NCBI GenBank assembly: GCA_002189035.1
Contig: CM007989.1
Span: 434,001-498,000, forward strand
Origin: Utricularia gibba
Lineage: Eukaryota; Plantae; Magnoliophyta
DNA: 64,000 nucleotides
Direction of reading: 5' to 3'
Shown: one piece after another, positions 38,609-51,400 of the stretch
Position numbering within the stretch: the first letter of the stretch is position 1
Layout of the letters: every line of letters begins with the position of its first letter
The notes under the pieces: generated by a model
Told to the model about the DNA's origin: nothing
The model's database searches: none
Seen by the model: the letters and a program-made list of their open reading frames with translations, nothing else
Position numbers and translations under genes: made by a program

Positions 38609-40003
38609 CAAAAGCAGCTTGTGGTGATGTTTCATTCTCTTGTTAGTTTGATTCTGCCTCGCAAGTCATATTTTGTATATCATACATTCAGAATTACTGA
38701 AGGAGTATATTGTAATCATCATGCATACGCAGATGTGCAGAAATAACAGGCAGATTAATTGTTCTTGAAAGACATATCTTGAAACATGAAAGACCCCTAA
38801 GGAGTAAGAAACAGAGTGAAATGGGTGATAGTTTCCATGCCGTCTGTTGTGTGCTGGTCTTCATGTGGAAGAGTTTCGATACTAGAATACGCTTTAGCAT
38901 TCTCATACTAATGATGGCTATGTTAGAAATCGGTGTGGTTGTCCTATATATACCAAAGAAGCAAATACTATCCTCAATATCTTGATCTCCACCATGGAAT
39001 ACTGCTGTCAAATGCCAGAGTATGGCTGCTGCCCTCCACGGAACTCTACAGGTAAAACCCCTGAGCCTTTCCTGTTACTGAGAAATCAAGCTCATGTTCT
39101 TCTATCACCTCAAAGTCCGCCTCTGTAATAGATTCAAACATTAGCTTCTGGAGGGTGAGACTGGCCGGAAGTTTCCCTGCTGTCACGAAAGCTTGGTTCC
39201 CAGGATTTTTGCTATTAGATTGAGTGGCCGGAGAGCCAGTGCGCCCAATCAAGAAGGGGTAGTTGTTATTGTTGATAATACTATTGATGTTGTTTAGGGG
39301 ACTCCGCCATTGATTGGTATGATCAGGCTATTGGGCTTGGAGAATGGGAGTTCATTAGCTCCACTGTTGGCTACTATACTGGTGGAGGCACAGTCATGGT
39401 GGATGAAGAAGTATCTGAACATGTGCTGGTGGAGCCTCCTGGATTAGGGATATTGGTAGGGAAAGGAAATGGTGAGGCAACAGTAACATCCTCTAGAATC
39501 CTGGCTGAAGATCCTGGAGTGCATACTGTGAGACAACAAAACAACAGGAAAGCAGGCACACAAAGCCCTCATCTTGGCAGTTTAGGAACAAAGATGCTTC
39601 ATTGATTTCAGCATACTTATAGCCCCCGGAGGCTGCAGTATTGAAATGGGAGAAAGCTCAACATCTGCTGCACTCAAATTGCTGATGGTTCAGTTGGAAA
39701 CCCACGAGTTGAAATCCTGTTGAATCTGGTCATTTCGGTAATATGCTTTTTAAAAAAATATATTTTTTGTTTAAAAATTGAAATCTAGTGCGCTCAAATA
39801 CGTTTGCAATAAACCCCTTGCATTTTGAGGAAAACTCGAAAGAGACCACCACTCACCAGGTAAAGTTACGAGTCGAGAACAAGAGCCCTCTACTTCGAAT
39901 TAAACGGCGTCCAGTTCAGTTTCAGCCCCACGAGGAAAGCAACCGCGGCCCCTTCCCCGAGGCCGTGCCTGAGAATTGGGGCAGTTTCGAAGCCAGTTTC
40001 AAA

Positions 40004-41812
40004 ATGGATGATTATACCAGAGAAATGATGGATTTGAAGACGCTCATAACTCGTACGCTGGAGAAGAAGGGTGTTCTTGCTAAGATCCGCGTTTGTATAC
40101 TTGATTCCTCTCAATTTCATGCATTTGCTTTGGAATTTGTGTTTCTTTTACGTCTGCTTGTTTATATCGCGCTCCCGCGGCAGTCGTCGGGTATTTTGCT
40201 TATTGCTTGACGGTGATTTGGTAGATCTTGTCAATTGGGTTCATAAGGTTTCGGTTTGCATTTTCCTGTGGATTTGATGCCTGAATTCTTGTGTATTTTT
40301 GCCCTAGGCATTAGGAATTAGGAAATGTTAGTGTCCATTTCACTTATGCTTAGGAAATTACGTTCTCGTTGCTGAAACTTTGTCGCACGTGAGCGTTCTA
40401 TGAAATTGCTTCATGGATTGTTTTGTATCTTCTGCTTTTCTGCGTTAACAGGCCGAGTTGCGAGCCAGCGTTTTTGAAGCAATTGAAGAGGAGGATAGAG
40501 TACTAGAGAAAGAAGAAGGCCTTCCTCCTGCTCTTTTGGGTAGCTGCAATGCCCGTGCAAAGCAACTTCATAACTCGCCATCAGGCAATTTTCATTTGAT
40601 GACCTTTTCATTGGAATTATGCCGAAATTCTCCGTAACTTTGGATGCTCAATTTCAGGAAGGCTCCTCACTGCGTTGATATCTGAATATTTGGACTGGGC
40701 ACAGTTAAATCACACATTGAAAGTCTATCTTCCAGAATGTAATTTGGTATATATTCCAAGCATATTTTTTCATGGTTCGTCTGTCAAAAAATTATTCATA
40801 ATTCTTTAGCATAACATGCATGTGCTTTCTTTACCAGCCAAAGGATTCATGGAAAGCTGAGTTAAAGGAATTTAGTAGCAAGAATGGATATGACCTTAAT
40901 CGAAGTTCGGAGAGTGGGCCTCTGCTCTTGGATGTCCTTGAGGGTTTTTTGAAATATGAGGTCTGGTCGGGTGTAAACCCATTATTTTCTTACTGGAAAT
41001 TTAGATCCTATGCTGCAGGAAATCTTTACATATTGATAACATGTATCTATGAAGAAGCAATTCAGCCTTCTTAATATGTTACACTTGCCAGCTAATGTGA
41101 ATATTTCTCTTGGTGTTTTTTTATCGTTGTATGCTTTAATAATGGCTAAAGAAGGGCTTTTAACCGTTTTTCTTTTGTCGATTGTAGAATTTATCTCAAG
41201 GAAGGGGTAATAGCAACAGGAGATTCAGTCCCATGGATCCTGAACCTCTAACAAACTTGGAATCCCGAACTAGTAGAAGACCATCACCTTCGCCGATGGC
41301 TGGAGGCTTGCCTTCCCTCGGAAAGTAAACCCATTACAACTACCCTACTGTAACCTGCAAGTTTTTTACCCCATTAGTTGCTCATTTGTTCATCTTTTTG
41401 CAGGCCTATCCCAGGCTTACATTTACCTGGTAAGCAGTGACACTGATAAGGAGTTAGTCTACAGCTGTTTGAATGTGTTCCCCCCTTTAAATAGCACCTG
41501 CTCTCGAGTCTCAGATAGAAGAGCTGGATCATCCGCAGCTGGCTACAGGAAAGATGACTACAACTGGCGCGGTGACATTGACGAGTTTCCCGATGATTTA
41601 GTCCGTGCATCGAGTGCGTTAGAGAACCTGCAGCTGGAAAAAAAACCTCGCTGATCAGACACCGGAGGTCCGCTTTGTTAACAATATATTCAAGGTGTTT
41701 AGGCCTATTTGACAGCCATGATGGCAAATGCCTTGAGTACATTTCACCCCGTGTTTGCTGTTGCAGGCACCAAGGAGACGGAAATTGGCATCCGGCGCCG
41801 GACACCAGATGA
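40004..41812 (+). CDS. TON1: TONNEAU1 (LisH/FOP-like), multi-exon; apparent 1 bp frameshift in the A8 run at 41638-41645
   Basis: MDDYTREMMDLKTLITRTLEKKGVLAKIRAELRASVFEAIEEEDR, EYLDWAQLNHTLKVYLPECN, RASSALENLQL. Confidence 0.95.
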
Positions 41813-42354
41813 ATGAATGATTTTATAGTTGAGAAATGTTGGCCGTTGGCACTGAGAACCAAAACTCGTGTTATAAGTGGAGCTCTTTCTGCGTTTTCAT
41901 TTCACTCTTTATTCGGTTTGGGAATTTCAAATGTATTTTATTCTCATATAATTGCTTTTATCGTTCAAATACATATTAAATTTTCATCTACCATAAATTT
42001 TATTTTAGAATTATTTTAATAAGTATATATTTATAATTTATAGTTATTTTTATAAATAATAATTATTAATATATATTATCTCGAACATGTTTTGCGTGGG
42101 AAAAAGTAGCATGAGATTCAGAGAAACTGTGAATTTGCGGAAGGGGGCGATTTTGTAATATTTTAAAAGAGGAGGGGCCTTCATCGCCACTGTTGTCATC
42201 TCTCTCCTCTCTCAAGTCGTCTTGGTCTCTTCTTTCCTTCTTTCTCGGGCCCCTTTTTCTTTTCTACTTCACCTCCTGCTGATTTTTTTTTTCTTTTCTC
42301 ACGTCTCCTGCTACTCACCAGCACTTCACTTACTCACACTCGGAGAATTGGAGA

Positions 42355-44578
42355 ATGGGCTGGTTTCTTTGTTCCGGAAAATTTAAGAAGAAATCAGAGG
42401 ACAAGAGCTCCGAGGATCAGATCCCATCTAACGCAAGTACCTCAGGGTTCAAAATGTCGGACAAAGGTTTCTGGGCCTTTTTTCTTCACTGATAATCTAA
42501 TATTTTCAGCTCTTCTTTGCAATCCTTGTTTTTAATTTGAGAAATATATTTTTAGTTGCATTCTCCACTCTCATATTCCTCACTTGATCGTCCTTGTGTT
42601 TTTTTTCCTGATCCCATTTGATTTCTGTGCAAATTGGTTGTTAAAATGAATTTTCTTTCTCTTTAAACTAGGCTTGGGTTGCTTCTTCTTTGGCATGAAT
42701 ATTATGCGTTTTTTGTGTCCTGATCCTTCTTGCATTTTCAAGTTGAGTGAAATAAGCCTTGTTACTTCAGATTTTTTTCTGTTTCTCCACAATGATTCCT
42801 GTGGGACACATGGGTTCTGGTGAACGGTGATTGGTTCCGGTTTTTTGAATCTGCTAAAACAGTCGGTTTCCATTTTTTTTTTTTTTTTTGTTGCTATAAT
42901 TCTGTTGATCCAAAGTTTCGTTTAACTGTGTATGCTTAATTCGGGCATTGAATCTGATTTTAATCTATTGGTTGAACCTGGAGTTTTGAATAATCTTATT
43001 GCAGAAAAGGGGAGGGTGAATTCTTCATTTGATTTGAAAAAAGAAGCTTCGAAAGATGGAGGATCTGGCCTCATTGCCGCTCACACATTCACGTTTCGTG
43101 AACTTGCCACAGCTACCAAGAACTTTAGGGCAGATTGTCTTTTGGGTGAAGGTGGATTTGGAAGAGTATACAAAGGACGTCTAGAAAGTACTAATCAGGT
43201 AACTGGCTCTGTCCTTGGTATCTAGTTTTTTTTTTTTTTTACACAGAGGAACCTGTCCACTTTTCCATGGGGATCCGATGAACTTACTCTTGGTGAGATC
43301 CGGAATCTTTCTTTTTTGTTTGTGGGCCTGAAAGAGCAAGCTGTTCACCATTGTTATGTTTGATAAAAGGGTGTAATATTAAGCAAATCATATGCAGTTG
43401 TCAACGAGTGATTTTTCATAAGACCTCCCAATAGCGGGTTCCTTACTAAAGGCACTGTCTTGCTTAGGTTGTGGCTATAAAGCAGCTTGATCGAAATGGT
43501 CTGCAAGGAAACCGAGAATTTCTCGTTGAAGTGTTGATGTTAAGCCTTCTTCATCACCCCAACTTGGTAAATTTGATTGGTTATTGCGCTGATGGAGATC
43601 AAAGACTCTTGGTGTATGAATACATGCCATTGGGGTCCCTTGAAGATCATCTTCATGGTATGTTCTGAGAAATGCAATGTTACTTACTTTCTGCATTTTA
43701 AGAAATTAAGAGAACTACGGATGCATTTTTACGCACATGATATGAGCAAGAAGTGGATGGTAATTTTTCTTTGATCTCCAGGTCTTCCTCCTGACAAAAA
43801 GAGACTCGACTGGAACACAAGAATGAAAATAGCTGCAGGGGCTGCAAAAGGCTTGGAATATTTACATGATAAAGCAAGTCCTCCTGTCATATATCGAGAT
43901 TTGAAATGCTCAAACATTCTACTGGATGAAGGATATCACCCGAAGCTTTCTGATTTTGGGTTGGCTAAATTGGGGCCTGTTGGGACAAGACGCATGTTTC
44001 CACTAGAGTGATGGGAACATATGGATACTGTGCTCCCGAATATGCAATGACAGGGCAGCTTACACTAAAATCTGATGTTTATAGTTTTGGAGTTGTACTC
44101 CTGGAGATAATTACTGGCAGAAGGGCTATTGATAACTCAAAGGCAGCTGGTGAAAACAATCTAGTTGCATGGGTAATATACCTTTCAACTATTTTTGCTG
44201 CACATTTCATTTGATTACCTGCTATAGACTGAAGAAGCGTAGTTTCTTCAAATGTATATTCACATCCTCCAATGCAAGTGCTCTTCTCTGTTGTTTGTAC
44301 AGGCCAGGCCCCTGTTCAAGGATCGTCGAAAGTTCTCCCAGATGGCTGACCCCATGCTTCAAGGGCTGTACCCAGCCAGGGGCTTGTACCAAGCTCTAGC
44401 AGTTGCTGCAATGTGTGTTCAGGAGCAACCTACCATGCGGCCTCTAATCGCGGATGTTGTAACAGCCTTGACCTACCTTGCTGCTCAGAAATACAAACCG
44501 GAAACACACACAGTCCAGAGGCAGCAGGCTCCTGGTTCAGGATCTTCTACACCAAGGATGCAGCGGGAACAGAGGTAG
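42355..44578 (+). CDS. PBL7: RLCK-VII serine/threonine kinase (PBS1-like, PBL7-type), apparent 1 bp frameshift ~43983
   Basis: MGWFLCSGK acylation-type N-terminus, [57 protein letters not shown]. Confidence 0.88.
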
Positions 44579-45172
44579 CGATCACCCTGACTGAACACTC
44601 CCAACTTCTCAAACTTTCACCACTCTGCCGTTTCAAAACATGGAAGAGCTACTCAACAAAGAGAAAACAAAAAAGAAGTGGAATGCAGTTCCCCCCTCCC
44701 CAAAAAACCTCACCAAGCTAAATTTTGTGATGTTGGTATTCATTTGTTTATAGGTTTGATTCATTTGCATCTCCTCCGAGGAAACTTTCCCTTCATCCTT
44801 TTCGTATCAGTTTACCTCTGCCTCCATCTCCATCTTGTATCAATTCTCTTCTAATCTCCCTTTTGGGTAGACAGTAATGCGCACTCTTGTACATTTGAGA
44901 GTGTGAGTTCTCATGACATTCATCCTGAAAGCAGAAGAGAAGTTGAGATAACTCACACATACAACTCTGTACTTGCTGCAAGACCGCCTCTAAACTAAGT
45001 TGATCTATGGGCCCTCCTTTTTTTAACAGAATGGTCTTGGACCCAAAGGCCAAAAATCTTGTCTTTGGAACCATTCTTATAAGGGTAAAAAAATACTTGT
45101 TTTTTGAGTCCTGCAGAGAAACAATCTTCTACAATCTCGGCCCGCCGTTGGAAGTGAGCCCTGCTCCCCGCC

Positions 45173-47249
45173 ATGTCTAGGGCCATAAAGCTTACCAATT
45201 TATATACTCTTCTTCACGATCGTAAACCCTACAGACTGATTCGCAGATGGAAATCGACACCCCCTGACGCGTCTGGGTTCAAATTTAAAGTTTTTGCTGC
45301 TAGGTGGGCAATCCCCCATCGACGGGGCGCCACCCAGTTTTCTGATTTGTGGAATAGCGGCGGGAATCTGTGTTCGTACACTTCCCATTCTAGGAAGGGA
45401 GATCGAGAGCAAGATATGCGCTCTAGGGCCAGAAGTGACATCACTGGGACTGAAATGGGCACTACCCCTGTTCCCGGAAAATTTAACGAATCTGTCCAGA
45501 CGCCACCACCGCAAAATCACAGCGAGGAACAGCCGATGGTTTCGTCAAAGTTACTCACTTTTCCTACTGTACTGACGATTGGGCGGGTTGCTGCTACCCC
45601 TCTTCTAGTATGTGGTAGGTATTCGACGTTAATCCCTCATGTTGCTGACAATCATGTTTCCTTTGTCTTGTCTTCTTCCTTAATGTATGAGCATTGAGCC
45701 GTGAGGCTGATTCAGTTTTGTATGCGGATTTGCTTTGCTGATTGGAGCTATCGTGTTGATCATCTTTGAATAGCCTTTTATTCTAGTAGCTGGTGGGCAC
45801 CGGCTGCTGCCACTGGAATATTCATAGCAGCTGCGATTACTGATTGGCTTGATGGATATCTCGCTCGAAAGGTGATACATTGATCATTTTGCTGAAGAGC
45901 CTTCCAGTTAGTTGCAATCTGCTGTCTCTTGACTGCCTTGGTCTTTTCATTTTGGATTTCCAGATGCAAGTGCGTACTCAGTTTGGTGCATTTTTAGATC
46001 CTGTGGCAGATAAGGTAAGCTCTATAATCTCTTTGCTGGAAGTTTACATTACCTATTAGAGGGTTGTCATGATTGATGATGAAGCTCAGTGATGTATGCT
46101 GTATGAGCTTCAGCAAATTTGAATACTTAACGTTCTATTTCAGCCCAAGATTTAGTCTTTCATGTCCATTGTTTTTCAGCTGATCGTAGCAACTACCTTG
46201 ATCTTGTTGTGCACAAGACCCTTTGCAGGGCATACATCATGGCTAATGGCGGTGCCTGCTATTGCCATAATTGGTAGAGAGGTGAGATCTAGAACGTTTT
46301 ACCATTTTGTAGAACTTGCGTATTTTCATTACTTCACCACCCGTACTGATATACAGTTGAACTTTGGCTGTCCAAAATAATAGCCGTGTATGTCATTTTT
46401 CCATGTTTTTCGGGTTGTCAAGTCAAAGTTAGCAGCACATGATGGACCTGTTTTTCTTTTTAACGGTAAAAAAAGTCAAATTTAGCTGCGTACTGTGTGG
46501 TTCTCTGGCCTCAACCTGAAGAAACAGTTTCGTGGGAGAAAAAGTTATTTCTTTGTCCTTTGTTTCGTAAAAAAATTTGAAGTTTATATTGCGGCCTTAC
46601 CACTTCACTTTAAGCCCCATTAATCATGCTAAACAGTGTCTTTTTCGCTTACAACGCTTGTGTAAGTAGACCTAGTTCAGCATATTAGGAACCCTGACTC
46701 TGAGATTCCACTCAAAGCACCTTATTCTTTGTTTCTTTGCAATCCGATTTCAGATAACCATGTCTGCAGTCAGGGAATGGGCTGCTACACAGGATAAAAA
46801 GCTGTTAAAGGTTCTGTCTAAATTGTGGGAAATAACAATTATTTGCCCACCGCTTCACTTCAACCCAATCATCTTGCATTCCCATACAGGCTGTTGCTGT
46901 CAATGACATTGGCAAATGGAAAACTGCAACACAGATGGTTGCGCTCACCATTCTTTTAGCTGCCCAAGATGGAAGGTTTTGCCATCCGAATCTCATTCTT
47001 TACAAACTTGTGTGTTACATCATGATAGATGCAATTCTCCTGCATTGTTTCCATTAGATACAAATGCATCCCATCTATCTGATACACATCTTCCCCTCAA
47101 CCAGCACTCTCTCGCTTTGCTTGTGCAGCTTGGTGGGCGCAGGAAGCCTTGCATCAGCTGGCATTGTGCTTCTGTACGTATCAGCATGGCTATCATTATG
47201 GTCACTGTACATCTACATCAGCAAAATATGGAGACAGCTCTTGCTGTAA
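45173..47249 (+). CDS. PGP1: CDP-diacylglycerol--glycerol-3-phosphate 3-phosphatidyltransferase (organellar PGP synthase)
   Basis: Transit peptide, LLTFPTVLTIGRV, AAITDWLDGYLARK, FGAFLDPVADK, AIIGRE, AVNDIGKWKTATQMVAL. Confidence 0.9.
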
Positions 47250-47937
47250 TCCCAACATGATGAAAATGTGCAAATGTTCTTTCTGTACACTGAGTTTTAC
47301 AACAGATCGAAGTGTGATTGATAACAGTTTTGGTAACGTGTGTTTTTGTTTCATAAAGCATCCACCAGTTAGAACCAGAGAGCAGAGGCTTCTCTCAGGC
47401 GGGTTCTGTGTCCTGCCACACCATTTGGCTGAATCCGTGTGCCAACTTTGGACTGTTGGATGGGGCCTACCTCGCTGGCCCAAATCTTGTGGGCTATAGA
47501 CAGAGCCGCATGGCGATCCGTTTCGAATCAATGTACAACGGTATTTTGAAACGCTCAATTCATAAATCATGATTCATTATTGATTTCAATTTTGACTTCG
47601 ATTTAAAACCAAATTTTTAAACCTTAAATCGAAACACGTGATTTAGATTTGAAAATATTGAATCAAATCGGAATCGAATGATTTCAGGTTCTTATAATGG
47701 TATGTTAAAAAATATTTAGAAATGATACTAAAAAATATAGAATATTTCTTAAACACTCATACAAGACATTGTAGATATTTAAAAAACACTTTATTTTTTT
47801 AAATGTTCCTTTGTTACAGCTCTGGCCTGTAGGTTTGAGACAGCCCAAATAGATGTAATAAAAAAATATATTTGTCATTATATATTTTTTAAATAGAGGG
47901 GCATGTCTGCGGACTGCGAATGATTGAGGGTGGCATA

Positions 47938-47991
47938 TGGGCCCACCATTCTGCGGGAGTAGGCCCATTAGAAACGGGCCCAAATAGCCCA
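47938..47991. promoter_or_regulatory. Site II element cluster upstream of the PWR-like gene
   Basis: tgggccca, ggccca, gggccca and agccca lie within 55 bp. Confidence 0.55.
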
Positions 47992-48454
47992 CGATGACCC
48001 GTATTCGATACATATATGTAAATGGGAAAGTTGGAAAAAAAAAAAGAGGTATTGAAGCCGGACGCGAGCAGGAGGTTGAACTGGGGATTAAATGTTGGGT
48101 TTGGAGTCCGCGGAGGGGGCGCCCTCCATTTCATTTCTTCCTCCTTACCTTTCCTTTTCGCCCTCCTCGCTTGTCGCTTCTCGCTTCTTATTGTTTCACT
48201 TTACCCTCTTTCTCTTCTATTCTCCTCACAAACAACAGATTACAGGAAATCTTGTATTGCAATTCGCAAGGATTCCGATTCAGAGTTGTGGAAGGAAAAT
48301 TCGCAATCCGAGCATATATATTTTTTTCCTTGTTCAGTTCTTGAACCCACCAAAAATACTTCCCTTTGCTCCTGTAATTCGTCGAGGGAGGTATCTTTTG
48401 GCTGTTTTCTTTGGATGAGACTGAAAAGAAACGGTGGAACAATTTGAGAAATTG

Positions 48455-51400
48455 ATGCCGCCGGAGCAATTGCCTTGGGATCGACGGGACTTTAGAAAGC
48501 ATGAGAGATCCGCATCCGACCCACGGTTTGTAAATGGTGGTGGAGGTTTTGGAGGTAGGTGGAGGGACCACCACCATCCTCATGCCCCTCCGCCGCCGTC
48601 GCATCCTCCGCCTTATCATCATCACCAAAACCCCCAGCAACCGCAGCGTTGGTATTCGGATTTTCGTTCATCTAGGCCTATCCCTAACGGTGAGTTCCTT
48701 TTTTCGGTTAATACAGCTGGGCGTGACTTCCTCTGGTTTTACGTTGCTGTGTTCTCTTTAGACCTCCCTCCGTTTCTGTTGACTCTCTGGAACGGCGCTT
48801 GTTTATGGAATGTTAGTCGTGCTGAGTTATTAGGTTTGGAGTGTCCCTGGTGTGGGAAATCCGTTATTCTTTTGACTTTTTTGCGGAAAGGTTTCCTCTT
48901 TTGTGATTGTTATCGACGAGAGGATTCTAGGATATGAAATAAATGAGCAAGGTTTGATCTTTTTCACGGGGACTGCCTCAGATAGCTTCTGCTTTTTGAC
49001 TCACACGAGTGTCCTGTGTTGGAAATATTGTTAGATCTGATAACTTAAAACTGGCAACATAAATCGGGTTGCAAAGGGTGTTAATGCTTTATTGGGGATA
49101 TTATGCTTTTTTAGTTAACGTTGAAGTCCCGTATGCAAATTAAACCCACAATACTTGGTGATCTTATTGTTCGTTTTCAGTTCTTTCGTTAATTTCTTCT
49201 TTGTTTTTTTTTTTCCATGTTCTTGCTGAAGGTCATAGTAAGCAGGGTGGATGGCATGTGCATTCAGATGAAGCTGGTCATGGGTTTCCACCATTTGGAT
49301 CTAGACACAACGACAGAAATTTTGAGGATGACGGACTGCGACCTTTAGGTTTTCGTGGGGATGGAAGGTATATCCGGAATAGCAGGGAAAGTAGGGGGGG
49401 TTTTGGCCACAAGGAGTGGAGATCTCCTAATTGGGAGATCACTGCAGGCTCCAGTGGTCCAGGGAAACACACTGTCGAGATTGGTAATCATCAGCCTCAA
49501 GAAAATGCATCCTGCCATAAGCCTGCTATTCCTGTCACCGTTTTGCCATCAGATCAGCATAAGTCTGATTTAAAAGAGAAGAATGAAGACAGAGGGGTTT
49601 CTGAGTGGCATGCGGGATCAAGCCAGAATATTGCATCTTCTAGTAGTCTGGAGAAACCACTTGTTGAGCTTACTAGTCCTAAGCCTGTGGAAAATGTATC
49701 ATTGCCTTATAACGGTAAACTTGATGACTTGGCTTGTGCTGTCACTGTTTCACCTTTAGATCAGCATCCAACTGTCTTGAATGAGAAGAATGAAGACGTC
49801 ATGGGTGCTGATGCTGTGACTAGATCAGTCCAGAGTTTTGAAAAAGAAAATACTCTTGGATCCATTGACAGGAGATTCCTTAAATGGTCACGGTCAGGAA
49901 GTCTGTCATCAAGGTGCTCTTTTGTAAATTCCAGTAGCTCAAAGGGTGATGAAGTACGCCATACTGAGACTGGTAGCGATCTGTGTTCACAGAGCATGAT
50001 GCCTCTTGATTCACCTTCTACAGGTGTTTGTGTTGCTTCCATTGTTACAAGCCCTACTGATAACACAAATTCTAGGAAAAAGCCACGGCTGGGTTGGGGG
50101 GAGGGTCTTGCTAAGTATGAAAGAAAGAAGGTTGAAGGGCCTGACAACATTCCAGAGAAAAGTGAACCGTTTTCCATCCCTGATACAGAAATCGGGCATT
50201 CACCACCTGGAAATTTGCTAGAGAAAACTCCCATACTTGCAAGTTTACCAGTGTCCCCTACCACTCCAACTTCTGTCACTTGTCGCCTTTCACCTGGTAA
50301 TTTTTTTACCTTTTTAGCGTGGTAAAAAAAATTGATGATATTCATGGTCTTTACCTTTTCTTTTGTTCTGGGATTTTCCCAGCCATGGTAACAATTTAAC
50401 GGATGGGGTTACTCCACCATGCATGCTTTTGTTTCTACGCAGCAGAAATTGCTTCCGCGATAAACCTATAAGCGAAATAGCTCTTGCTCCATATATTTTG
50501 ATTCTGTATGCCATGGAAGATTTTTGTGTTATCCTGTTTTCCTATAAAGAGTGATTCTTGGTGATTTGTTGACTATATACGTTTTTTTGGTACTTTTGGT
50601 AACATTTTTTGTGATGGTGGTCCATATTCATTCCAAAGTACGTGTCTTCCCCATTTTTTTGGTGTGCAAGAATATTGATTTAATATCCTGGGCAGGTATG
50701 GATGAGCATCAATCCCGCAAAGCAGTGGGTGCTGATCAAATAAGTGCAAGTATCAAAAGCTCAGAACCTGAATGCAAGGAACCGAGTTTTAAGTTAGAAA
50801 GCATTGACGAGTTGTCTAATTTGAGTAGTCTGGTGAATGAGTTGCTGCAATCTAATGATCAGGGATTTGTTGAAACAGAGTATGTTAAATCAACTTCATT
50901 GAATAAGTTGCTTTTGTGGAAAGTGAACGCATTGAAGGCCCTTGAGGTGACAGAATCTGAAATAGATTCACTTGAAACACAATTTAGAACACTGGTTGGT
51001 GATCCTAGAAGTTGCTGTCCTGGCCCATCAGTCTCAGTGTCTTCAACAGGGGACTGCTGTATAAAGCCTTGTTCAGAAATGGTCAATTCTTGGAGTTTCA
51101 ACACTGAACCTACTTTGTTGAAGGAAGCTGTGCCTAAAGATATGAATGTTGGGGATGCTGCAGCTCAACAGGAAGACGATTCTGTCCTGCGAAATGATGG
51201 AAGGACTGACGTTACACTCAGCAATTCACTTGAATTAGTTGATTCTTCACCATCTGAACTATCTTCCAAGACATTTAAACATACTGAATACCAGAGTACA
51301 GACCCTGCCAGTTCCTGTAACTTTGGTCAGGCATATGTTTGGAACATGGATCATCTTTATGACTCTATAATTTCTTCCAATAAAGATGCCGCTGGTAAAG

